Made by a program: the position numbers and the translations under genes
The notes under the pieces: model-generated
What the model was told of the DNA's origin: nothing
The model's input: the letters and a program-made list of their open reading frames with translations, nothing else
Database searches by the model: none
In this document: one piece after another, positions 8,732 through 17,617 of the stretch
Layout of the letters: each line of letters opens with the position of its first letter
Numbering within the stretch: position 1 is the first letter of the stretch
Assembly (NCBI GenBank): GCA_039033775.1
Contig: JBCCCB010000001.1
Location: 1-46,846, forward strand
From: Pseudomonadota bacterium
GTDB lineage: Bacteria; Pseudomonadota; Alphaproteobacteria; Rhodobacterales; Rhodobacteraceae
DNA length: 46,846 bases
Direction: 5' to 3'

Positions 8732-9604
8732 TCAGCCGTTTCCGGTCTGAGACTTATCGAGCGCGGCTTCGGCGCTGGCCCTCAATTTCCGCGATTCTTC
8801 GGCGAAGATGCGATCCGCCTCTTCGAGCGCGCGGGTCCGATAGGCCCCCAGCATTTCGTCTTCGCGGGCGGTGCGGGGCAGGGCCGCCCCGATGGCCGCG
8901 CCAATCCCGAAGGCGATCAGGCCCGCGACCAGGGGTTGGTCATCATAGGCTCGGCGGCCTGCGGCGCCGTATTGATCTACAGCGTCTTCGAAGCTGCGCT
9001 GGGCATCATAGGCGGCATGCCGGGCGCGGATCACGCGCAGGCGGGCCGCTTCGGACATGTGTTCGGTCCCTTCGGCGAAGCGGGCCTTCAGGTCCGCCGA
9101 CCGCTCCATGATCCGGTCCCGCGTGGCGGATGCGTGCATCTTGGCACGGTCCACCGGCGAAGCCGAGATTTCGGCATCTTCCAGTCCGTCGCTGGCATTC
9201 ATCGTATATTCCTCCGTGTCGTTGGATGCGCGGTCGAGCCGGTCATCGAAGCCGGGCCGATGCGGATCCGTCAAAGTGCCCGGTGCCGAGGCATAATCGC
9301 GGTCGTCATAGGCAAGGCGAGGGTCACGCTGGATCGGCACGGCCGGTTCGTCCCGGCGGGTCGAGCCGAACATCAGCCAAGCCAATCCGATGCCGGTGAG
9401 GGCCGCAGCCATTGGGTTGGCCTTGATCTGCCGACCGATCGTCGCGGCGAGATCGCCGCCATTGTCGCGCAGATAGCCGGTAGCTGCTGCCATCACCGCG
9501 TCGGGCGAGAACTGCGCCTGCAACTGATCCAGCGACCGAGCCAGACCAGCCCGTTCGGCCTCGATCTCACGCTCGATATCGGCGGGTGTTCTATCGTGGC
9601 TCAT
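8732..9604 (-). CDS. DUF3618 domain protein
   Basis: RTPADIEREIEAERAGLARSLDQL N-terminus, NPMAAALTGIGLAWL, GAAIGAALPRT..ED. Confidence 0.85.
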   Translation of the reverse strand: MSHDRTPADIEREIEAERAGLARSLDQLQAQFSPDAVMAAATGYLRDNGGDLAATIGRQIKANPMAAALTGIGLAWLMFGSTRRDEPAVPIQRDPRLAYDDRDYASAPGTLTDPHRPGFDDRLDRASNDTEEYTMNASDGLEDAEISASPVDRAKMHASATRDRIMERSADLKARFAEGTEHMSEAARLRVIRARHAAYDAQRSFEDAVDQYGAAGRRAYDDQPLVAGLIAFGIGAAIGAALPRTAREDEMLGAYRTRALEEADRIFAEESRKLRASAEAALDKSQTGNG

Positions 9605-9605
9605 A

Positions 9606-10013
9606 TCACAAACGCTCCTTCACGGTCTCGGCGTCCCGCTGGACATTGGTGACCGTGCGGGTGGGCGCGAGGCTGCTGACTTTCAGGTCTTTCAGTCCTT
9701 TCGAGACCATGGCGAATGCGATCAGCGCCAACGCCCCGCCAACGATCAGGGCAGACCAGCCTGGGTCGAGGCCCAGTTCGGTGATCGCCGCCACAAGGGC
9801 GGCCGCCAGGACGTTCAATGCGACGAGTGCGATGACGACGGCGCCGGCGAGAAGACCGATGGCCACGCCCGCCCGGTTCAGGTTCTGACTGATTTCCGTT
9901 CGGGCGAGGTCGACTTCCTTCCGCATCAGGTTCGACACGTGGGACAGGATGTCGCCGACCAGATTGACCGACCCCTTGGCACTGAATTGGGTTTGATCCG
10001 ATTGGTCGTTCAT
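9606..10013 (-). CDS. Phage-holin-like (DUF1469/YqjE-type) membrane protein
   Basis: LMRKEVDLARTEI, two TM helices, LAPTRTV..VQRD; usual DUF3618 neighbour. Confidence 0.85.
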   Translation of the reverse strand: MNDQSDQTQFSAKGSVNLVGDILSHVSNLMRKEVDLARTEISQNLNRAGVAIGLLAGAVVIALVALNVLAAALVAAITELGLDPGWSALIVGGALALIAFAMVSKGLKDLKVSSLAPTRTVTNVQRDAETVKERL

Positions 10014-10651
10014 CGCGGATACGCTCCGTTGTGGACCGGCCCGCTGTCCGTCGTGGCAACCGCCGATTGGGGTCGCGCTGCGGGCACGGGGGGGGCAAAC
10101 CGTGTATCGTACGGACGGCGCGTCCGGGTCGACTGACGAGGATCGTCCGCCTTCAGGAGGCGTGCGATGCCGAAGCCCAGCAGCGCCGCGCCGCCCAGGA
10201 AGAGGGCCGGGTTGCGGCGCGCGAAATGCGTGACATCCGCCGTCAGCGATCCGACGTCCTTCTGGCGCAGTATCTCGGCTGCGTTGGCCAGGTTGCTTGC
10301 CAGATATTCGGCCGCATGCGCCTGATAGCTGTCTTCCCCGTACTGACGACCGGCATCGCGAAGACTGTCGGCTTGCCGCTCGATCTGCTCGGATGCATAT
10401 CCCTTGGCTTGGTCGGCCCGGTCGTCGGCGAAGGTCTTGGCACGGTCGCGTGCTTCGGTCGCCAAGTCGGCGGCAGCGTCCTTCACATCCGCCTTGACGT
10501 CTTCCGCCACTTTCCTGGTGGCAGACAGATCGTCATTTGCCGTGCGGGATGCAGCGGCGGGCGAGGACGTGGATGCCTCGGCCGCTGCATCGAACGGCGG
10601 GGCCGGGCTGGGATCGGTTTTGGTCGTGGGCGTCTTGTCTTTGGTGGACAT
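10010..10651 (-). CDS. Stress-associated helical protein with C-terminal ARRNPALFLGGAALLGF anchor (ElaB/YqjD-like)
   Basis: Ala/Asp-rich helices plus C-terminal TM; AAGGAG RBS; overlaps downstream gene by 4 nt. Confidence 0.75.
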   Translation of the reverse strand: MSTKDKTPTTKTDPSPAPPFDAAAEASTSSPAAASRTANDDLSATRKVAEDVKADVKDAAADLATEARDRAKTFADDRADQAKGYASEQIERQADSLRDAGRQYGEDSYQAHAAEYLASNLANAAEILRQKDVGSLTADVTHFARRNPALFLGGAALLGFGIARLLKADDPRQSTRTRRPYDTRFAPPVPAARPQSAVATTDSGPVHNGAYPR

Positions 10652-10688
10652 GAGCGGCTCCTTTCGGTCGAACGTTCGATTGCCTGGA

Positions 10689-10757
10689 TCAGGCGATGAG
10701 CTGGATGGCGGCGAGTGCGACGACGATGACGCCGATGATATAGAAAACGCTGTGCAT
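10689..10757 (-). CDS. Small hydrophobic protein (22 aa, MHSVFYIIGVIVVALAAIQLIA)
   Basis: GGGGAG RBS, single TM, first ORF after an EcfG-type promoter. Confidence 0.6.
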   Translation of the reverse strand: MHSVFYIIGVIVVALAAIQLIA

Positions 10758-10823
10758 TTCTGTTCTCCCCAGTGAAGTCGGTGGATATTCGACGCGACGG
10801 CGATGTCGCGGTCCTGGAAGCTC

Positions 10824-10849
10824 AACGTCCTGTCTCGCCCCGGAGTTCC
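10824..10849 (-). promoter_or_regulatory. sigma-EcfG promoter GGAAC-N17-CGTT
   Basis: Exact motif upstream of the small ORF / DUF3618 operon. Confidence 0.75.
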
Positions 10850-10897
10850 ATTCCTTTCCGTGGCGGTTTGGGATAACGCCCGCGTCGTCGGATCGCG

Positions 10898-10923
10898 GGA
10901 ACCTTTCAGTGGCCACGCGCGTT
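10898..10923 (+). promoter_or_regulatory. sigma-EcfG promoter GGAAC-N17-CGTT
   Basis: Exact motif just upstream of the YihY gene. Confidence 0.75.
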
Positions 10924-10942
10924 TGATCATATTGTCTGGGGA

Positions 10943-11935
10943 ATGACTGACATGGCGACGCTTGAGACAGCGCGAGAGATCATCGCCCGGGATCCGGGCC
11001 GGGGCAGGAACGCGACCGCACCGACGCAAATTCCCGCGAGGGGATGGGTGGATGTCGGCAAGCGTGTGGTGACCGAGATGGGCCGCGATCACGTGACCCT
11101 GGTCGCAGCCGGCGTGGCTTTCTACGGGCTGCTAGCCGTGTTTCCGGCCATCACCGCGCTGATCGCGATCACGGGCCTGATCTACGAGCCGACGGAATTG
11201 GTGGCGGCCTTGGAAGGGATCACCGGCGTCGTTCCGCAGGACGTCGCGACCCTGCTGCTGGATCAGGCGCGCCAGGTGGCTGGCGCGCAGACCGGCGGTC
11301 TGACATTCGGCCTGATCCTGGGCCTGGGGCTGGCCCTATGGTCGGCGTCGGCGGGGGTCGGCAGCCTGATCGACGGCGTCAACCTTGCCTATGACGAACG
11401 CGACGGCCGCAGCTTCGTGGTCCGCAAGGGGCTGACCTTGCTGATGACGCTGGGGATGATCCTGGGCGTCATCCTGGCGGCCGGTCTGGTGATCGCGGTG
11501 CCGGTTGCGCTGAACATTCTGGTCTTCGCGCCCTGGGTGGAGGTTCTGGTGCGCTGGCTGTCCTATGTGCCACTGGCGATCATCGTGATCGTCGGGCTGG
11601 GCGTGTTGTACCGATACGGGCCGGACCGGCAGAACGCGACATGGGTCTGGCTGACGCCGGGTGCGGTGGTTGCGGCGGGTCTCTGGCTGGCCGCGTCGAT
11701 CGGGTTTTCGATCTACGTCCAGAACTTCGCCAGCTACAACGAAACGTTCGGGTCGGTGGCGACGGTCGTCATCCTGCTGATGTGGATGTGGATCAGCGCA
11801 CTGGTCATCTTGTTCGGGGCCGAGCTGAACAGCGAATTGGAGGCGCAGACGGCCCGCGACACGACGACCGGCGCGCGCGAACCCATAGGGCATCGCGGGG
11901 CGGTGAAAGCGGATCAGGTGGGCGATGCCCAGTAA
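10943..11935 (+). CDS. YihY/virulence factor BrkB family membrane protein
   Basis: LVAAGVAFYGLLAVFPA, LYRYGPDR, YNETFGSV, GAELNSELE. Confidence 0.92.
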   Translation: MTDMATLETAREIIARDPGRGRNATAPTQIPARGWVDVGKRVVTEMGRDHVTLVAAGVAFYGLLAVFPAITALIAITGLIYEPTELVAALEGITGVVPQDVATLLLDQARQVAGAQTGGLTFGLILGLGLALWSASAGVGSLIDGVNLAYDERDGRSFVVRKGLTLLMTLGMILGVILAAGLVIAVPVALNILVFAPWVEVLVRWLSYVPLAIIVIVGLGVLYRYGPDRQNATWVWLTPGAVVAAGLWLAASIGFSIYVQNFASYNETFGSVATVVILLMWMWISALVILFGAELNSELEAQTARDTTTGAREPIGHRGAVKADQVGDAQ

Positions 11936-13046
11936 GGGCGACGGGCGGGCCCGTCATCCGCTGGCGATCCCGATCACCGGCATCTTCGTCCTGCTTTTGA
12001 TCCACGCGCTGATTGCGGGGTCCGCCTTCCTGCTGCCGGTAACGACGGCGCTGCTGGGCTATTTCCTTCTGAATGCGCCGCGCCGGGGGTTGCAGCGGTT
12101 GGGGGTGACGCCGCCCGCCTCGGCGGCCCTGTTCACAATCCTGATCGCGACCTTCCTGGTGGTCGTGGGTGTGGTGGCCGCCGAGCCGATCTACGATTTC
12201 GTCGCTGATCTGCCGGGCCTGGTCGAACAGGCCATCGCGCAGCTGACCGGACCCGGCGGGCCGCTGGAGGCGCTTACCCGCGCGGCTGCCGCCACCGAGG
12301 AGGCGATGGCCTCGACCGGAGACGATCAGCCGCTTCAGGTCGAAGTGGTGGGCGATGGCGGCCTGGCCACGTCGGTCGTCGCCTTGGCGCCCAGCCTTCT
12401 GAGCCAGATCATCTTCGCTTTGTGCCTGTTGTTCTTCCTGACCGCATCGGGCGACATGTTCATTCAGAAGGTCGTCCAGGTCGTGGATCGGTTCGAGGAC
12501 AAGCGGACCACCGTGCAGACCATCCGCACCATCGAGGCGCGGCTTGGCGCTTATCTGGGGGCGATCACGCTGATCAATGCAGGCCTAGGGGTGTGCATCG
12601 GCCTGGCCATGTGGGTGTGGGGTCTGCCGTCGCCCTGGCTGATCGGGATCATGGCGGGCGTGTTGAACTTCATACCCTTCGTGGGCGCCGTGATCGGGGC
12701 GGGGATCGCCGGCATCATTGGCTTCATCGGTCTGGAAGATCCCTGGATCGGACTGGGCGTCTTGGTCACCTATTACGTGCTGACGTCGATCGAGGGCCAG
12801 TTGGTGACGCCCGCGTTGCTGGGGCAGCGGCTGCGGCTGAACGTGACCATGGTCTTTCTGTCGGTCGCCTTCTTCGCCTGGATCTGGTCGGCGATGGGGA
12901 TGGTGGTGGCCGTTCCCATGTTGATCGTGGCCAAGGTGATTTGCGACGCTGTTCCGAAGCTTCGTAAGGTGGGTCTGTTTCTTGGCGATGCCAGTGGCTT
13001 CGTGCCGACGGATGGCGAGCGAAAGGCCGTCGGCGCATCGTCATAG
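11925..13046 (+). CDS. AI-2E family transporter
   Basis: Multi-TM; LNFIPFVG, IEGQLVTPALLG, WIWSAMGMVVAVP. Confidence 0.9.
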   Translation: MPSKGDGRARHPLAIPITGIFVLLLIHALIAGSAFLLPVTTALLGYFLLNAPRRGLQRLGVTPPASAALFTILIATFLVVVGVVAAEPIYDFVADLPGLVEQAIAQLTGPGGPLEALTRAAAATEEAMASTGDDQPLQVEVVGDGGLATSVVALAPSLLSQIIFALCLLFFLTASGDMFIQKVVQVVDRFEDKRTTVQTIRTIEARLGAYLGAITLINAGLGVCIGLAMWVWGLPSPWLIGIMAGVLNFIPFVGAVIGAGIAGIIGFIGLEDPWIGLGVLVTYYVLTSIEGQLVTPALLGQRLRLNVTMVFLSVAFFAWIWSAMGMVVAVPMLIVAKVICDAVPKLRKVGLFLGDASGFVPTDGERKAVGASS

Positions 13047-13091
13047 GTCAGTCATGACCGTCTGCCGGCCGGGCGGGTGGCGTGGATCTGA

Positions 13092-13122
13092 AAAGGCCCC
13101 GCATGCCAGATGCGGGGCCTTT
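13092..13122. terminator. Bidirectional intrinsic terminator
   Basis: AAAGGCCCCGCAT-gccag-ATGCGGGGCCTTT between convergent genes. Confidence 0.8.
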
Positions 13123-13144
13123 GCCGGTCAGAGACGGATCCGTA

Positions 13145-13642
13145 TCAGGACTTCGCGATCGCCCGAAGCATCCAGACGGCCTGTTCGTGGAACGCCGAGC
13201 GCTCGGTCGCCAAATCTTCGGTCACCGGATCGTTGTGGTCGCCGGACAATTCCACGAGCGCATGCAGGCGATGGGCTAGCTTTTCGTGATCTCGCGCCAG
13301 ATCTTCGCACATTTCGCCTGCAGACGGGGTCTTCTCGAGGTCTTCAACGCGCGACGCCGACATGATTTCAGCCATGGTCATCGGTGCCATCTTGCCAAGA
13401 GCGCGAATTCGCTCGGCCAGCTCATCGGCGGCGGCGAACATGTTCTCATACTGCTCTTCGGTAAGGTTGTGGATCGAATAGAAGAGCGGGCCTTCCACGT
13501 TCCAGTGATAGGCATGGGTCTTGAAGATCATGCGATAGGTATCGGCCAGGACGTCGGCCAGGCCCTGCGCGATGGCATCGGTATTTTTGACACCTGTCTC
13601 AACGGTATCGGAATCGGGAACGACTTTCAGCGAGTCAGTCAT
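13145..13642 (-). CDS. dps: Dps family DNA protection protein
   Basis: KTHAYHWNVEGPLFYSIH, DELAERIRALG, HEQAVWML. Confidence 0.95.
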   Translation of the reverse strand: MTDSLKVVPDSDTVETGVKNTDAIAQGLADVLADTYRMIFKTHAYHWNVEGPLFYSIHNLTEEQYENMFAAADELAERIRALGKMAPMTMAEIMSASRVEDLEKTPSAGEMCEDLARDHEKLAHRLHALVELSGDHNDPVTEDLATERSAFHEQAVWMLRAIAKS

Positions 13643-13782
13643 TGAATCCTCCTATGGATGCTTGTGGGATCGTAGATGGAGCGGATCGGAAACGGGCCGC
13701 CGGGGCGGCCCGTTTATCCGGAGTTTCCGCGAAGAAGCCGTGTCGCAGCGGATCGCCGGACCTAGCGATGAAGCCCGCGCCG

Positions 13783-13947
13783 TCAGGCTTTCCGGAAGAA
13801 GCGAGCCAGGAGGGCAATCGCGAACAGCACGACGAAGACGAAGAAGAGGATCTGCGCGATGCCCGCCGAAGCGCTGGCAATGCCGCCAAATCCGAGGACG
13901 CCGGCGATGATCGCGACGACGAAAAACAGAATAGCCCAGTACAGCAT
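13783..13947 (-). CDS. DUF1328 (YtjA-like) small membrane protein, 54 aa
   Basis: Manual translation [47 protein letters not shown]...; below ORF-track cut-off. Confidence 0.92.
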   Translation of the reverse strand: MLYWAILFFVVAIIAGVLGFGGIASASAGIAQILFFVFVVLFAIALLARFFRKA

Positions 13948-14005
13948 GTGAAATCCTTCCTCTGATCGGTGGGGGCGACATCGGTCGTTGCCCCTTCCAC
14001 GAAGA

Positions 14006-14030
14006 AACCAAGAAGCGGAGGGTTTGTTCC
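14006..14030 (-). promoter_or_regulatory. Probable sigma-EcfG promoter GGAAC-N16-GGTT
   Basis: Variant motif upstream of DUF1328. Confidence 0.55.
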
Positions 14031-14040
14031 GGCGGGATTT

Positions 14041-14409
14041 CTAGTCCGCGTCTGACCGCCTGGCAGAGCGCAGAAATTCGGCCACGGCGTCGTTGGTGAA
14101 CGGTGCCATGATCCGATGCTCGATTACACCGGTCGAAGCGTCGACGGTCTTCGCGACATCGTCGGTGATCCGCAGGACCGCCGCCCCGAGCCGCGCCAAC
14201 TCGGATTGGAGGGCGCTGGTATCCGCGCTGGAATAGGCGCCGCTGAGAACGACCAGTTCGAGCCGATCCCGTTCGGCCAAGAGACTGATGGCGTCAGTCA
14301 GCGTGGCGGCCACGATCAGGTCCGCACCGGCGACCAGGCTTTCGATCAAGTTGGTCAAATCCGTTCGGATGAACGGATCGGATTCGACCACGAGGAAGCT
14401 TTTGAACAT
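14041..14409 (-). CDS. Single-domain receiver-like protein (degenerate)
   Basis: FLVVESDPFIRTDL, AATLTDAISLL, APFT pattern of CheY fold; phospho-Asp and Lys apparently substituted. Confidence 0.6.
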   Translation of the reverse strand: MFKSFLVVESDPFIRTDLTNLIESLVAGADLIVAATLTDAISLLAERDRLELVVLSGAYSSADTSALQSELARLGAAVLRITDDVAKTVDASTGVIEHRIMAPFTNDAVAEFLRSARRSDAD

Positions 14410-14443
14410 GGCACTCTGGAGAGAATGGACTTTGGCCCGATAT

Positions 14444-14469
14444 GGAACAAGCACCATGCTGTTCGCATT
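14444..14469 (+). promoter_or_regulatory. Probable sigma-EcfG promoter GGAAC-N17-CATT
   Basis: Variant motif upstream of the Crp/Fnr gene. Confidence 0.5.
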
Positions 14470-14505
14470 AAACTGTGACATAGTATGGAGATGATAAACG
14501 TTACA

Positions 14506-15234
14506 ATGACCACGTCTTGCGAGAACTGCCCGCTACGGAGAAGCCCCCTATTCGTCGACCATAGCGCAGCCGATATCCGCTTCATGCAGCGTTTCAAAGC
14601 GGGGGAACTGGTCATCGACCCGGGCACGCCCCTGTTGATGGAAGGGTCGAACAGTCCTCAGCTTTTCACGGCCTTGCGCGGAATGGGCCTGCGGTACAAG
14701 GTGTTGGAGGACGGACGCCGACAAGTGTTGAACCTGGTCTTCCCGGGTGACTTTATCGGGCTTCAGGCCGGCGTGATGGGTGAGATGAAGCATTCTGTTG
14801 AAGCGACGTCGAGCATGACGTTGTGTGTCTTCGATCGGAAGGAATTTTGGAGCTTCTTCCGCAGTCATCCGGAGCGGGCCTTCGACATTACCTGGCTTGC
14901 GGCCGTCGAAGAGCACTTCCTGGGCGAGACGCTGACCACCATCGGCCAGCGATCCGCGATAGAGGCCGTCGCGTGGGCGCTTTTGAAGATTTTCCAGCGC
15001 GGAAAGGCATTGGGATTGGTCAGCAACCGGGCCATGCCCCTGCCATACCGTCAGCAGGACTTGGCCGATGCGCTGGGGCTGTCGCTGGTCCATACAAACA
15101 AGACTTTGGGAAAGTTGCGGGAGCGGCAATTGGCGAACTGGAGCGACGGGGCGCTGATCGTGAACGATCCCGAAAGTCTTGCCGAAATCGGGAAGACCGA
15201 GATCGCGCCGCACGAGCCGCGTCCGCTACTTTAG
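14506..15234 (+). CDS. Crp/Fnr family transcriptional regulator
   Basis: N-terminal CENCPL, DGRRQVLNLVFPGDFIG, QQDLADALGLSLVHTNKTL HTH; start may be 14485. Confidence 0.92.
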   Translation: MTTSCENCPLRRSPLFVDHSAADIRFMQRFKAGELVIDPGTPLLMEGSNSPQLFTALRGMGLRYKVLEDGRRQVLNLVFPGDFIGLQAGVMGEMKHSVEATSSMTLCVFDRKEFWSFFRSHPERAFDITWLAAVEEHFLGETLTTIGQRSAIEAVAWALLKIFQRGKALGLVSNRAMPLPYRQQDLADALGLSLVHTNKTLGKLRERQLANWSDGALIVNDPESLAEIGKTEIAPHEPRPLL

Positions 15235-16232
15235 CATGATGTCCTGAGGTAGCCGTGCAATTCCCGTTCGCCCGATCGGAGAAGGGGATGGTCCGGTGAC
15301 GGTTCGCGCGCGATCCGGGCCAGCCGGTCGTCGGGATCCATGTCCGAGAGGGCGATGATCACCGGGTGGATATAGCTGTTGCGGGCGATGGTCGGGGTGT
15401 TGTGCAGGCGGTCGGCAGCGGCCCGCGCCATGGCCGATATTGTCAGGCGGCCGGGCTTTCGGGCTTCCTGAAAGGCCGCATGGGTGCCGTTCCAGGTTCG
15501 GATGACTTTGGCGGTGATCCCGTCGCCGCAGATTTGCCCAAGCGTTTCGTTCACGTGTTCGGATCGGACGTGACGCAGGGTCGTGCCGTCGGTCCAGACC
15601 ATGAGTTCGGCGCCGGGCAGGTCGGCGCAACCATCCAGAACTTCGGCGAGACGGGGGGCGTGCAGGCTTTCGCTGATATCGGTGTCGCCCTTGCCGATGA
15701 ATTCGATCAACAGGGTGTCCGTCTCGACGGACACATGGTCGGCGCGCAGGGTGGTGGCGCCGAAGGTGCCGTTTTCGTCGCGGTATTCCGGGTTGCCGAC
15801 CCGTAGCGAGGCGCGGTCCAGAAGGGCCAGAACGGCGGCGATGGTGGTCAGGCGGTCGCCGATAGGGCCGCGCAGATGGCGGCCGATCCAGCCGCGCAAG
15901 GTCGGAAGCGCATCGCCGTATCGCGGCAGGTCGTCGTATTTCCGGAGCGCCTGATGGGCCTGCCAGTCGGGGTGATACCGATATTGCTTGCGGTCCGCCG
16001 CGTCGAACCCGGTGGCCACAAGATGGCCGTCGTCCCGCGGCGTGATCCAGACGTCGCGATAGGCGGGTGGGATGGCGAGCGCCGTCAGGGCCCGCCGCTT
16101 GACGCGGTCGGCGATCCGCGTGCCATCCGGCGCGAAGTAGCTGAAACCGCGGCCTTGGCGGCGGCGAATGATGCCAGGACGCGTGTCCGGGTAATAGATC
16201 AGGCCGGGCGGCAGCGCGTCAGGCTTCGACAT
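15231..16232 (-). CDS. DNA topoisomerase IB
   Basis: LAIPPAYRDVWI, RKQYRYHPDW, LRVGN..Y, FIGKG, TAKVIRTW, HNTPTIARNSYIHP. Confidence 0.92.
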   Translation of the reverse strand: MSKPDALPPGLIYYPDTRPGIIRRRQGRGFSYFAPDGTRIADRVKRRALTALAIPPAYRDVWITPRDDGHLVATGFDAADRKQYRYHPDWQAHQALRKYDDLPRYGDALPTLRGWIGRHLRGPIGDRLTTIAAVLALLDRASLRVGNPEYRDENGTFGATTLRADHVSVETDTLLIEFIGKGDTDISESLHAPRLAEVLDGCADLPGAELMVWTDGTTLRHVRSEHVNETLGQICGDGITAKVIRTWNGTHAAFQEARKPGRLTISAMARAAADRLHNTPTIARNSYIHPVIIALSDMDPDDRLARIAREPSPDHPLLRSGERELHGYLRTSC

Positions 16233-17136
16233 AGGTGTCCGCGGCCGTCGCGCCGCGTTCGCCCAGGGGCTTGGGCGGTCCGACGGTGCTGTCGGCATAG
16301 GTATGCCGTTCCAGTTGGGCGTTCACGACGGCGCCGATCAGCAGAAGAAACGCACTGATGAACAGCCAGATCAGCAGCGCCACGACGGCCCCGATGGAAC
16401 CGTAGACCTCGTTATAATTTCCGAAATTCTGGAGATAGGCGGAGAACCCTACCGAACCGATCGTCCAGAGCGTCACCGCGATGATCGCGCCGGGCGAGAT
16501 CCAGGGGACCTGGGCGGCGCGCCTATTGGGGCCGATCCGGTAAATAAGCCCCGCCCCCAGCAGCAGCACGCCGGTGGCGGCGACCCAGCGCAACGCTTCG
16601 ACCGCGAAGGTGGCGAAGCCGCCCAGCGGAAGGATCGACAGGATGATGGGGGCGGCGACGACCGAGGTCAGCGCGACAATCGCCACGAAGATCAGCGCAA
16701 GGGTCAACCCGAAGGCCACGACGTGGTGCCGCAGGCCGCGGCGGCCCTTTTCGTCGTAGACCGCATTCATGCTGCGCATGACGGCGGCGACACCGGCCCG
16801 GGCCAGCCAGATCGCCAATCCCAGCGACAGGATGCCCGTCAGGCTGAGCGTGCTTTCATCGGCGGTCATCGGCCGGGTCACCTGGTCCGTCAGCAGGGTG
16901 TAGACATCCACCGGCAGAACGGCGCGGACGCTGTCCAACTGGCTCATGACATCGGCGGGATCCCCGATCAGGCCCCAGATCGCGATCAGGGCCCCGATGG
17001 CGGGAAACAGGGCGAGCGTTCCGAAGAAGGCGACGCCGGCGGCGATAAGGGTCAGGTTCTTGCGCTCGACCTCTCGGACCGTCTCCAGAAGAACGGCTTT
17101 CCAGGTCGACCAGCCTTTCCGTACCATCATGTGCAT
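16219..17136 (-). CDS. YihY/virulence factor BrkB family membrane protein
   Basis: LIAAGVAFF..LALFPA, YRIGPNRR, YNEVYGSIGAVV. Confidence 0.92.
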   Translation of the reverse strand: MHMMVRKGWSTWKAVLLETVREVERKNLTLIAAGVAFFGTLALFPAIGALIAIWGLIGDPADVMSQLDSVRAVLPVDVYTLLTDQVTRPMTADESTLSLTGILSLGLAIWLARAGVAAVMRSMNAVYDEKGRRGLRHHVVAFGLTLALIFVAIVALTSVVAAPIILSILPLGGFATFAVEALRWVAATGVLLLGAGLIYRIGPNRRAAQVPWISPGAIIAVTLWTIGSVGFSAYLQNFGNYNEVYGSIGAVVALLIWLFISAFLLLIGAVVNAQLERHTYADSTVGPPKPLGERGATAADTYVEA

Positions 17137-17176
17137 CGGTTCGCGGCTTTCGGGGCTGGGGAACGGATCGGTCGGG

Positions 17177-17437
17177 TTAGTCGCGCAAGGCGTCGATCAA
17201 TTCGTCCTTGGTCATGTCCGACCGGCCGGACACGTCCAATTCGCGGGCCCGGTCGAGCAGATCTTCCTTGGTCCATTCCTCGTAGGGCGGTGCCTTGCCG
17301 CCCTTTTCCGAGGGCGACATATCGTCATTGGCCTGCGCGTTCGAGATCGCGGCGGCCTTGGATTTCGACATGCCGTCGTCGCGCAGGGCTTCATATGTGT
17401 CCGGGTTCTTGATGGATGGGCCGTGACTGTCTGCCAA
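17177..17437 (-). CDS. Small stress protein with C-terminal Rho-N-like domain
   Basis: GPSIKNPDTYEALRDDGMSKSKAAAISN and YEEWTKEDLLDRARELDVSGRSDMTKDELIDALR; TTG start after AAAGGA. Confidence 0.8.
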   Translation of the reverse strand: MADSHGPSIKNPDTYEALRDDGMSKSKAAAISNAQANDDMSPSEKGGKAPPYEEWTKEDLLDRARELDVSGRSDMTKDELIDALRD

Positions 17438-17588
17438 GGGATGTCCTTTCCGCGATCGGGTTCCCCGGTTGGTCGGCATGGCGCCGAGGAACAGTCGAGG
17501 AATGAGAAGCGCCATGCCGACCGGCCTTGGACATCGAATGTCCGGAGCCGGGACGGAACAGCCGCGCGGGGTCGTTCCGTCCGGTGCA

Positions 17589-17613
17589 AACGCGCCGCTT
17601 ACCGGACGGTTCC
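17589..17613 (-). promoter_or_regulatory. sigma-EcfG promoter GGAAC-N16-CGTT
   Basis: Motif upstream of the Rho-N / YihY / topo IB genes. Confidence 0.6.
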
Positions 17614-17617
17614 GCGC

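Noticed and set aside
9606-10013. Holin-like gene as evidence of a prophage
   Set aside because: This family is a normal DUF3618 partner in stress clusters; no phage genes in the window
13690-13715. AAACGGGCCGCC-gg-GGCGGCCCGTTT hairpin upstream of dps as an ncRNA or EcfG promoter
   Set aside because: Could be a terminator for DUF1328; the -35 position reads TAAAC rather than GGAAC; not enough support for either call
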